Of a DNA stretch of 64,000 nt, positions 11,214 through 23,275 are shown piece after piece (the stretch's first letter is position 1; each line of letters opens with the position of its first letter). This DNA is from Neodothiora populina (Eukaryota), in the NCBI RefSeq assembly GCF_041146345.1, contig NW_027191419.1:124001-188000 (forward strand). Reading direction: 5' to 3'. The notes beneath the pieces were generated by a model. The model saw nothing but the letters and a program-made list of their open reading frames with translations, was not told the origin of the DNA and searched no databases. Made by a program: the position numbers and the translations under genes.

Positions 11214-14168
11214 TTACATGACCGTGCACTTCTCCTCCTGGGCGGCGACACCACTACCAGGAGGTGCCTGGGCCTGATTGTTCGGACGAGCGCCGTAGAT
11301 GGGAGCGCTGACACTACCGGGGGTGCTCTGACTCTGAACCCTCCTCACTCTATTTGCCGGCGTTCCACCATTGGCGTTCATGATGCTGCTTGTCCTGCGT
11401 TGGCCCAGGTTGCCCGACGCGGCTGTGTTGACGCTCATGCTGCTCTGGTTACGAGACGGGTAAGTGGGTGACAGTCCAGCATTCATGTTCTGCGCACGTT
11501 GTTGCGCAGTGATGGCATTCAGCGCTCCCAACGCGTCACCCTGTCGGTTTGAGTTCCTGGGATGCGAGCCTGGTGGACGAAACGGACGGTCCGAGGCGGC
11601 CTGCTCGTAGCTTGGCGGTTGGTCATCGGCACCCTCTTGACCCCGGAGGTAAGGTGCGTCCAGAGACGGGCTTGGTGCAGGTTCGCGCAGCTGAGGAGTC
11701 GCTAGGTTCGAGCGCCGTGGTGGAACCTGAGGCCGATTCTCGGGGGTGTCTGGCGGAGATGACGTACGAGGTGGGCGATCAGGCGTGTTCTGGCCTTCGC
11801 GGTCGAGAAATTGGCGAGACAATTCGTCCTCACGACGTCGACGAGCAGCAGCCTCGCGACGTTCGTTGTCTTCCTCCTCCTCCTGCAATTGCAGAGCAAG
11901 AGCAAGATCATGGTCTTCCTGTTCCGTTGACTTGTGATGCTCCAGTGGGAGCCCGGCGGCTTCGTCGGATGCTGGTGCGAGCGTAGAACGACCGGGAGGA
12001 GGTCCTGGCGGAGGCGCGTAGGTGGTCGAGTGACCGATAGTACCAGTCTCTTGGTTGCCTCTACCATGTGATGGCACCGTCTGCCAGCCTTGCGACGCGT
12101 CTTCGTTGGTTGGGTTGGAACTGGTATTAGGCGCGGCGCTACTGCCACTGCTTCCGACAGGTCTAAAGTCGCCGGAGAAGAGCTCACTCGCGGCACCACT
12201 TACGTCCTTCAGGCTTTCCCATATGATCTCGTCGTGAGAAGAATATCCGGCATCTGTGACGAGAGTGAGGAGGACTCCGGTACGGGGCTCCTTGTAGAGT
12301 GTGGTAAAGTGGTCGTTTCTGAAAAGGATTGAGACGGAGCCGGGCTTGAGGGAGCTGGTCATGACTTCCAAGCCGTGCTCGGTAAGCTGGGTGGGATACT
12401 CCTCCAGAAACTGTTTGATGACAGCGATATCCTCGTACGTCTGCTGTTCGTCGGGCGTCAAGCCGGTGGTTTCCAGCTTGTCTTCCAACTCCTGCTCTCT
12501 GAACTGGATGTTCAAGGCCTCGTCGAAGGTCTTTGCAGACCGAGCAAAGGCGGCATAAGGCGGCGAGCCAGGTGGTGGGATCCAGCCATGCAGCAGAGGG
12601 ATGTCGAAAGTGCTGTAAAGAACCATCTCACGGGTCTCCTCGAAGACACCAGGCTTGGCAATACCGGGTTCCACAGATACTTCTGCTTCGACAGAGCCAA
12701 CATGAGGGGTGCCGGGCAGGACGAAGCTGGGGTTGACGTTCATGCCGGTGTGTAGGGTGATGAGGAAGGCGTAGAGGTCGCCGACATCAGGGAGTTCCTT
12801 GTCATTGATCTCGCTCCTCCTGGCGAGTTCTTCGAAGACGGCGTCCAACAAGAAGCCCAGGCTGACCTGCTCGCGAGAGCGCAAGGCGTCCACCAGCGCC
12901 GTCTCGACGTTTGCAGGCGTGGATAGCGACAAGGCATTCACCAAGGCAAGCAGGGGACAAGGACCGTTTGCGTTCTGTGTCATGACCGGCGACTGTCTAA
13001 TGTCTTCGACTGCGGCGTCGTACCAGCGAATTTGCTTGATCTGGTATGTCTCGTTTCTTTGCCTTTTGGCTCTTGTCATTGGCGTTTCGGGGGGGTTGGC
13101 GCCGGACGTCCTCGAAGCAGCAGCGGCAGCAGCATCAGCAGAAGCAACGTGGATGGGTGCAGGTCGAGGCGGTTGTGGTGGAGGGACCTCCTCAATTGGC
13201 TTCGAGGGCTGAGGTGCGGGTTCGTCGTCCATGAGCGAGATTGGCTGAGATGGTTGCTGAGCATACTGTGGTGGAGGGAGTGCAGGCGGATCAAAGGCAG
13301 TGGGCGGTACTGGCGCAACAGCAGCAGGAGGTGGCGGAACAAAGTCGGCAGGTGGTGGCGGAGGAGCAGACGCTGGCGGCGGAGCGAGCTTCTGATCACA
13401 GATGGGCAGCGCAGGAGCTTCGGCTTTCTCCTGGCTCTCTGGCTTGCGGTCCGAATCATCCTGCCACGGGTTTGACGAAGCGCCGGAGTGCTGTCTTTCG
13501 ATACTCTGCGAACTCGAGCCCGTTTGGACAGGAACAAGAGCAGGTTGAAGGCCCTGCGGTAACACGCTGTTTGTGTTTTGCCTTGTCTCCAAGGCCTCAC
13601 CGAGCGTCATCTTGGACAGTTCATCTGTGGGCGTGCGCATGGTCGGCAACTCGACGGGTGGTGGAGGGGGAGCGAGAGCGGGTGGCGGTGGAGGAGCAGT
13701 AGTCGGGGGTTCAGCCCAGGCCGATTGACTGTCGTACTGATTCTGTCCGGTGTTTTGCATTCGAAGATAAGGATTATGCGGGTTACTCGACTGCACGGGA
13801 GGTCTGGCCGGAATCTCTTGTCCTTGAAGCTCTTCAGAGGCCCAAGGGTTTGTCTGCTGTTGGGGAGCCACAGGAGGACCGGGCCTTAGGCTGCTAGGTA
13901 TGTCGTGTGCCCCGTCGGTGGCGCCATTAGCTGTATGCGCCGGATGGTCAAAGGCGTCGAGTTTGTCGGCATCATTGTCGTCATCGTCGTCGGAGAATCC
14001 AGAGTTCCAGGTGTTGTGTGAAGAGGTGGAGCTCGCCCTGGATCGTCGACCTATTCGACCTGCTTCTTGTGCGTCATCTTGGTATGAGGCAGCAGCAGCA
14101 TAATCAGGCACTACAGGCGATGTGGGATATGGAGGATGCTCGGATGGGAGCGGCTTTCTGATGACCAT
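11214..14168 (-). CDS. MINDY-family (DUF544) deubiquitinase with Pro-rich N-terminus, MIU-like motif and CaaX end
   Basis: Catalytic Cys motif QNANGPCPLLALVNAL; LLHGW; His motif LFRNDHF; TLVTDAGY...IIWESL; MIU-like EDHDLALALQLQEEE; ends CTVM. First ATG at 14168. Confidence 0.9.
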   Translation of the reverse strand: MVIRKPLPSEHPPYPTSPVVPDYAAAASYQDDAQEAGRIGRRSRASSTSSHNTWNSGFSDDDDDNDADKLDAFDHPAHTANGATDGAHDIPSSLRPGPPVAPQQQTNPWASEELQGQEIPARPPVQSSNPHNPYLRMQNTGQNQYDSQSAWAEPPTTAPPPPPALAPPPPPVELPTMRTPTDELSKMTLGEALETRQNTNSVLPQGLQPALVPVQTGSSSQSIERQHSGASSNPWQDDSDRKPESQEKAEAPALPICDQKLAPPPASAPPPPPADFVPPPPAAVAPVPPTAFDPPALPPPQYAQQPSQPISLMDDEPAPQPSKPIEEVPPPQPPRPAPIHVASADAAAAAASRTSGANPPETPMTRAKRQRNETYQIKQIRWYDAAVEDIRQSPVMTQNANGPCPLLALVNALSLSTPANVETALVDALRSREQVSLGFLLDAVFEELARRSEINDKELPDVGDLYAFLITLHTGMNVNPSFVLPGTPHVGSVEAEVSVEPGIAKPGVFEETREMVLYSTFDIPLLHGWIPPPGSPPYAAFARSAKTFDEALNIQFREQELEDKLETTGLTPDEQQTYEDIAVIKQFLEEYPTQLTEHGLEVMTSSLKPGSVSILFRNDHFTTLYKEPRTGVLLTLVTDAGYSSHDEIIWESLKDVSGAASELFSGDFRPVGSSGSSAAPNTSSNPTNEDASQGWQTVPSHGRGNQETGTIGHSTTYAPPPGPPPGRSTLAPASDEAAGLPLEHHKSTEQEDHDLALALQLQEEEEDNERREAAARRRREDELSRQFLDREGQNTPDRPPRTSSPPDTPENRPQVPPRRSNLATPQLREPAPSPSLDAPYLRGQEGADDQPPSYEQAASDRPFRPPGSHPRNSNRQGDALGALNAITAQQRAQNMNAGLSPTYPSRNQSSMSVNTAASGNLGQRRTSSIMNANGGTPANRVRRVQSQSTPGSVSAPIYGARPNNQAQAPPGSGVAAQEEKCTVM

Positions 14169-15100
14169 GTTGCTTTTGCTATCACTCCTGCTCCCGGGTC
14201 GTGGCAGCGGTTGTTCTTTTATTTGTGGTATGACGAATGACGTGAACGAGAAGACGGCGGTGGAGCAGGATGAACGGCGATCACCAGGAAAGTAATTGTC
14301 TTTCAAGGCAACCACGTGCTTTGGTTCAAGAGGATCCTGCGATCGCTGATATTGAGTATCATGCGCGCCTCGACCAAGCTATTGGAATGCCTGAGGTTGA
14401 CGAGACAAGGTGGGTGGAAAGGATTAAACAGTAGGTACAGTAGTAATCAAAGCACAGCAATCAGAGGCTAATGGTAAGAAGTGCTGTTCAGGCAAAGTCA
14501 CGAACGTTGAAGGAGAGCCGGAAGAGAAGGCAACAGGCCAAGGAAACCCTTGGGAGTCAAGAGACTAAGAGGATATTAAAGTAATTGAGGGATATTATTC
14601 AATCGACAACCTCGCATGCGATGGTGTTAGAACCACACTGCTCCTGCGCGCGCTCCGAGAAACACATCAAGATGCTGCAGCGGAATAGAAAAGCAATGAC
14701 GACGACGACCACGACGCTTTACCCTTTACTTTGCCTGTAACCCTTGAGGTGCCTCGCCTCACCTTGGGTACCTACTGTACCTCAGCATGCTCCGCCCTTT
14801 GAGCGTGGGTTGATGAAGAAATCAAACATTCCTGTATCAGCCACAGGCTACTGAATGTACTGCTGAAGTGTTGATCTGTCGCCCTCGCCGTCTAAGCCTC
14901 AAAGCTGTGCAGATGTCTGTGGCGCAGTGGTATCACCATTGAAGAAGTATCGCCTGAACCCTTGTTTTGTTCTCACTGCGTCACTCTGCTGTAAAGGAAG
15001 GCACAGAATAAGGCGCAGTACGTGCCCAGGCAGGTGCGAGTGAAAGTGTGGGGCAGAAGACAGTTCGTACCTCCGTACCTCGAAAAGTTCCCCCTCTTGA

Positions 15101-16655
<1,555 letters not shown>

Positions 16656-17342
16656 GTCTTTTGCTTCCATTTTACCATCTCTGGATCTCCTTTGAAAAGT
16701 CCATTGAGCTCATGACATGGGGGAAATGTATGACGGACTGCTTTCGACTAAGAATAGGACATAGAAATGCGTAGAGAAACGATCGCAGTAAAATAAAACA
16801 AAAAAGGATCATCGTGCAATCTTGCCGTTTTCTCCCTTCATCCCTCTTGCGCTGTTCTCGCTCCCTCTTACATTTCAGGAGAAGGTCTTCCTAATGGGTT
16901 ATATAGCTGCCACCATACATCATCGCCAGCCCATTATTGCGCTCACCTCTTCTTTGGGAAACACAGAAGATGTGTGGCTTGGGAATGGTGATGTTAGAAA
17001 AAAAGGTAAAAAGACATTCAACATCATCTCCACGCGAATTTGTCGTCGACTCTGCCCCTCGCTCGGAACACACACCTGCAGCGACCACAATGGCTAGCCA
17101 TATCAGTAATGAGCGGATTAGTAAGGAAACAAGGAAATGGTTGGGAAACCTCCATAAACACCAAGCCCTTCAGAACCTCGCCAGATTAATTTAACCAGCG
17201 TCGAGCATTTGAAATCGAAAAGAGCCTTGCTCTGCGAAGCCACTCTAGTACTCCCCCAGCTAGGCACTCTCGAACCTTAGCGTGTTCCACATCGATGGCG
17301 TGCTGGTCTTATCGCAAATCATTGCAGCCTCTCATCTTCGGT

Positions 17343-19730
17343 TCACCTGATTACGACTCCAGACGCCTCAGCTTCAGGGAAGGCGTTGCTGATCGTGTGG
17401 TTGAAGGTCCAGTTGCTCAGAATCTGTGTGTGTCTCTCGAAATCTGCCGTGAGCCTGAAGCGCCCACTCGATGTCTCCATTTCATATGCCGCCCCGAGCC
17501 CTTCTGTCCAGCAACTAACGGCACTCTCGCAACTACGCATCGGGCTTAGCCAGTCTCGATAATGCCTCATGAGCATCTCGCGCATGGCTGGACTGTTTTC
17601 CGATCGTGTCAGCGACAAACAAGAAAAACAGGAATTCGGCTTACTGTGGACACAGATCGATTGCCGGAGAATGTGGGAGAATTCGTTGCCCTTTGCCAGG
17701 CCTCATCATGGTTGGTATTTTGGCATAGTTTTCTGCGGTAGGGTTGATGATCCACTTTGGTTTGGTCAGTTTTGTCAGCGTCATGGCATCCAGAAGTACA
17801 TTGAGGAGCAAAGCATACCTACCCTCATAAAGCGCGTCAGCATACCAATCCAAGCCAATTGTAGGTGAAAGTCAAAATCTAGAAGGACATTCATCAAACC
17901 ACAAGCCCAGCTGCTCACGTTGCTAGGATCATGAGAAGTGCGTCCATTAAGAAAAGTGTCGACATAAACAGCATCCGGATTTTCGAGGAGTCCCAGCATA
18001 GATGCACTGTTGCCAATAAGCTCCAAGACAGACTCCTTGTATGAAACATAGATTCTCGACATGGGACTATCTTCGTCCACCAGCAGCGGAGGTATTGTAT
18101 GCTCCATCACTCTGACATTGAGCATTTGCCGTCGCTGAGTAGCCGACGGATAATGATTAGCACTTATAGCACTTGACATAGGCAGATTGCCTGCGCACTA
18201 CTCAGCACACATGACTTAAGCACCGCGAAATGAAAACCTGACGACATACCGAATTTTCTGACTGTACCAGTAGGGTAGTAGAAAGGAACTCCTGCTGCTT
18301 GCGGAGCAGCTAACACAGGTGATGATGCGGAACTCTGCGAACCAAGATCCAGTGGTGCAGATTGTAGTTCTTCACTCAAGCTCCAAACCTGTCCGTCTTC
18401 ATAGGGTTCCATGTGCTGCGTTTTAAAGTTTTAGCCTCTTGACCAATTGTGTTCAAGGCACCATGGGCTGCAGCAGTTTACCGAAGATCTCTGATACCAT
18501 ATATCATCGTAATTATTGTCTGGCAAGTCCGTTGTGGGCGTGAGTTTCTGGGAGTCCCTGACAACCAGCGCATAATGCCAGCCGTCCTGGCTGTCGGAGA
18601 CTCTTCCATTGTTTGGGTCGTAACCTGCACCGAAGGGCTGATTCACATTGGCCTCCGAATAAAACTGATCGGCACCTGATCTAATACCATATCCGTTGTT
18701 TCCCGCGTTCGTCCGACTCCAGTCTCCTGCACTTTGCTGTTGATCATCGCTCGGTGGCACAGATCCATCTCGATAGTTCATGATCCCCTCAGGATCCTGG
18801 AGTTTTGGGAGGTACCTTGCTGAATCCTGCTTGTGTCCTGTCGACCCCTCAGCATCTGGTCCAAGCCTGGGACGAGCGGGGCGATGCAACGGAACGGAAG
18901 GGATTTGACCTAACTCCGAACTCGAGTACAGCTCGGATGGGTCAGAACTTGACAGCCATGGCGACCTGCTCACGAGCCGCCCCGCTGTGACAGCAGCTGA
19001 TGTATCCAGATCGTCCAGCGGCAGTTGGCAAACTTGTGACCAAGGTTCCGTACCAAGAAAATGATACGATGCCGAGTCAAGGCTTGGTGTTGGGCACACA
19101 GGATCAAATCCCTTGAGGCCTTGCTTGTCATAGACAAAGTCCTTAGAGTGCGAGGGCGAAGAGACAAAGGCGCTGGCATTTGATATATGAGAAGGTTGTT
19201 TGCCCTGGCCAACAGAAACCTGATTATCCGGGTCAGGGGACGAAAAGTATTCACCATGGGTGGACCCATTGCTAGATTCTTTAAACAGCTTTGCCTGCCT
19301 CGACTCAGGCGATAGGCCAAGGATTTTGAGATGCTCAAGTGTTTCGTAACTGGGCATGTCGCTCTGGATGGCTAGTATCGCATTTTCATACACCTTCAGC
19401 TTCGCAACAAGCTTCGTATTGGTCTCGCGAAGGTGAGCTGTACGTGTCATGCCTTCTTTTGTGTCATAATGACATTGGGTGACACGTTCTGCGCACTTTC
19501 CACATACAGGTCTTGTGCCATCGCACTATAGCCGGATCATTCAGCTTCTCATCGGTGAATTAACCTATAAGATCGCATACCTTGCACTTGATTCTTCTGC
19601 AGGAGTCACACGCAATCTGCACTGCAGTAGACCTCTTCGTAGACTTTTTGGGACGTGATACACCATCCTTTGGTGTGGACGTTGATAGTGCCGATGGCGT
19701 CGCAGCAGGAAGGATGTTTCTTTCCTTCAT
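17343..19730 (-). CDS. Zn(II)2Cys6 transcription factor with C-terminal DUF3425-like domain (multi-exon)
   Basis: Splicing intron 19526-19580 gives ACDSCRRIKCKCDGTRPVCGKCAERVTQC (six Cys). Intron 18416-18481 keeps frame into ORF 18164..18412. Later exons give LTRFMR-WIINPTAENYAKIPTMMRP..LPHSPAIDL..PAMREML..SNW, resembling DUF3425. Internal boundaries approximate. Confidence 0.75.
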
Positions 19731-20170
19731 CTTGACGGCAGCAAGGCCAGTCTTTTGGGTACAACGCCGAAACGAATGTAGCTGTCTTTAGTCAAATTTG
19801 CGAATTGCCAGTTGTAAAAATTTATTGATGTGGCGGTTCACAATTGATTTCGTGAACATCTCCGTGACATGCGACCATGGCGAAGCTTGCTACTATGAGG
19901 TAGTTCCTTCCTATGCTTGGCGGCGAATGAGGGAAAGGGAAACAAGGAAGGGAAACAAGCGTGGGCAGCCACAATCCACATTGACGTGCTGTGAACCTTA
20001 TTGACGTCGGGGGTTCAGCCGAATCCGCGCTTTTGAAGACGCACTGCTCACATCTGCCATCACTCATGCTGTTCCTCATGTAACAATGGAAGTTCGTAGA
20101 ATGTGATTAGACAGAACGCAAGGCTCCACTCTTCGGTACTTTCATGCAATATTCCGGGAGTTAAGCTGGT

Positions 20171-20200
20171 GAGCTGCACGGTGTGAAAACCGTGCAGCTC
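20171..20200. promoter_or_regulatory. Perfect 12-bp inverted repeat containing CGG-N8-CCG, upstream of the Zn2Cys6 gene
   Basis: GAGCTGCACGGT-gtgaaa-ACCGTGCAGCTC is seen directly; function is inferred. Confidence 0.4.
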
Positions 20201-21611
20201 GCATTGCAGACGTCGGTACACGCGTTCGAAGACATGGTACGAGTTGGTGGAGGTATCGATCCGATCACTATCTGAATGTCAGCAGCCGTTTCGAGGGCCT
20301 AGGTCTTGCAAAACAAGCAGGGTTATATCTTGCTGGCTAGCAGAAGCGTTGATAATGCTGTTGGCCTTCGTTGCGTGATACTGCGTTGGCCTTGATCCGT
20401 CAATTTTTTGTCCATTTGCGGGGCTTGTCCTCTTCTAATCGCCCTCGCTTGCGGGAAGTTGGGATGCTTTCTTCCAAGTGACCTAACTTGTCGAATATGT
20501 AGAGATGAGAATAGCAATGGGACCATCCCACAGATACGCGATGATGAGCATGTAGAAGATCTCGTTCTCATGAGCTGGAGACGTTGCTGATGACAGCCTG
20601 TTATCACTCTTCTGGTTGTGTCGCCCCGCTAGCTTTGAGAGCTTGACAAGGTTTATGGGGATCCATGAGTGCCGCCAGGGCTATCCATGTGGCATTCGAG
20701 TGCCTCATCTAGAAGATAGCAGTGGCGTCCTTCGTTGTCCTCTGTTATGCACCGATGAGCTTTGTTGCATGGGCAAGTAGTGAACCTTGACTTGCATGTT
20801 AGGCGATCTTTTGCAGGCACCTCCATCTTGAATCACCGCGTTATTAGTGCCCAATCTCCACGCTCCGACGAGGACTCCAGGCCAAGTTGTAGCGCAAATG
20901 GCAGAAATTTTCGCCGGGTCTCATGGCGATCTAGATGTGTTATATGCTTCCATTTTGCTCCAAGGAAATTGAGATATCGAGATATAGTAGAGACAGACTG
21001 TTTAGATTACTCGTATCACATTTTGGCCTGCTTCATACACGTGTTATGCGTTGTGTTGTACTCTCTTACCTGTAGCTAAATAATCACACTGGTCAGCCTG
21101 AACGCTCTTCAAGCCATAAAAAGGCATTGCTGGGCGTGGCACCCATGTTTTGCATGATGAGAATTTTACGACAGAAGACACCGTGACTCGTCTACAAATC
21201 TTCGCAATGAACGTGGAGGATTGCCACTATTTGAGGAAGAAGTAAACATGAAGGCAAGGTTTTAATAAGTGCTGTTCGCGCATTTAGCGTGCGTCATTGT
21301 GACAAACTTTGTATAGCCTTCTATCCTTTTAGCAGATGGTGAGAGAAGTCATCTTGCAAGGCAAGCGCCCGTCCGCATCAATATTCAATCTCTACTCTAC
21401 AGCTACGAATTGATTGGCACATATATTAATCAATAGCCGGGTCAGATCTGACACACGATGGCATAGCCGGGTCCCGGTTCTCTTCAGCATGCGACCGGTG
21501 GATCAAGTAAAGGAGGACTGCTTGTATAAGATATTGTAGTTGTTGCGCTTTCGTATGCGCGTGACAGACACTTCTGCACTCTCGTGCTCATCGCACTCCG
21601 CTGTGATGCAC

Positions 21612-22577
21612 TCAAAGTGCCTTGCCCATGAACTTGCGCTTTGTGAAGCTCAGCCAGTACTGTCGCATGTTAATAAACCTCGATACTCATTTCCCATAAT
21701 GTCTACTCTTACCTTGCTTGGGACGTTTTCGTCGGCGTATATCCTGTTCAGCAGTCTAATAGCAACCTCTTGTCTCATCTGACTCATGTACTGTCGTAGG
21801 ATTTCGGCTTCATTCCTGTCTCTCGGAGTTTCGAAAGCTTGATTGAGTGGGAAGGTTGGGTCGCCGGGGATAGCGAAGTTTGTGTCGAGAGCAGTGTTCA
21901 TTACAGCCTGGTCACTCGCGGTCAGCATTTCCAGCTCGCTCGACGGTTCCCGCTTCGTCAATCCAATGTCTTATCATGCGTGGCCGAGACACCTTGATCG
22001 CCTTGTCGAGCGAGATGACACGACACATAGGTATAAGCATTGCTGTCTTTCCGCCGGATAATTGCGATTGAGCAGGTAGACGCTGGGAGGTACTGTCTTC
22101 CATGGTTTCTTCTTATCACGTACCTTCTCGGCATCCCTTCTTCCAGCGTTAGGCTTGATCTTGCTCAACACTTCGCTAACATATAGAATGCCATAAATGA
22201 GCACTCGATCGGCAGGACCTTTGATCTCGAAATTTCGGAAGAACGTGTTCGCGCGAAAGAGAGCGACGATCTCGTCAATGGGATCGTACGACTCGTGTGA
22301 TGCCTCAATGGTGAGTTCGGTGACATCTCCGGAAAGAGGAGGCAATTGTTGTGCAGGTCCACGGGTGCGGGTGCGGAGGGGCAGCAGAGCGAAGTTTCCT
22401 GTACCGGATGGCGAGCCGTCAGTCAATTGTGTCAAAGGCAACACTTCAGGCCAGAGGCCGGACGTACCGATCACTTGCTGGTTCGGTTCATCGAGGAAGA
22501 CGGAATGGTAAGCCTATACGATGTTGAGCCATTGGCATCGATACAAATACCATCTGAGAATCTCCGCTTACGGGCAT
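21612..22577 (-). CDS. ARC18: Arp2/3 complex 21 kDa subunit (ARPC3/Arc18)
   Basis: Five exons splice to MP-AYHSVFLDEPNQQVIG-NFALLPLRTRTRGPA..LFRANTFFRNFEIKGPADRVLIYG..FAIPGDPTFPLN..YMSQMRQEVAIRLL..PSK-YWLSFTKRKFMGKAL. Confidence 0.95.
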
Positions 22578-23275
22578 CTTGATGATCTGTTGTTCTTCCT
22601 GCTCTGGTGTCCGCGATGGTAATGAACCAGCTCTTGCTCGGTCTAATCTAGAGATTCAATAGAGGTACAAGCACTCCAAGCTTGGTTACGGTATACACGA
22701 GTTACGGGTATTATTGAAGCTGTACGCCGGATTAGTCAAGACGAAGACAATCGGCAACTTGTAGCATTATCAAAGCCTGACATAGGCCACCACTTACCCA
22801 CAATATGTTGTATGTTTAGTGCTTTCGAGGTAAGATAGTTGTGATATGCGAGCATGCCTTGGCTTGTCTGCCCTTCCGGATGATGTCGTCGCTTCCCAAT
22901 CCCTCCACGCCTGCCCTCCTCCCTAACGTACCTTCCTTACTTCTGGGTTGCGGGACCCGGCGCTGCTGCTTGGCGGTCGACGGCCCGACTGATATCCGAG
23001 TGCGGGGCAGTCGAACATCAGGTGTTACAATTTTCTTAAGTCCGATATCGAAGCTAGATCTCAGGGTCTGATTCTTGGCTTGGCTGACTATCGGCCGTTC
23101 TGATAAAAAATATCAACTGTGACTGTCTTCCAGCGAAGGGATCTCTTGAGGGGATTCATTCGTTATACTATAATCAATTTGCTCTGATCTCTGATCGCTC
23201 TGGTTCACCTAGGCTTCACATAGATCTTCCAACGTACCAGGAGTCGAGAGAAAAGGTTGTCGGAACTCTGTGACC

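Noticed and set aside
14554..14559. Bas1/Gcn4-like GAGTCA upstream of GARS
   Set aside because: Single hexamer 660 bp upstream, expected by chance, with no matching site seen at the THR1-ADE7 promoter.
14915..14990. tRNA-like GTGGCGCAGTGGTA (A-box/D-arm look-alike)
   Set aside because: No GTTCRA T-loop, anticodon arm or acceptor stem follows.
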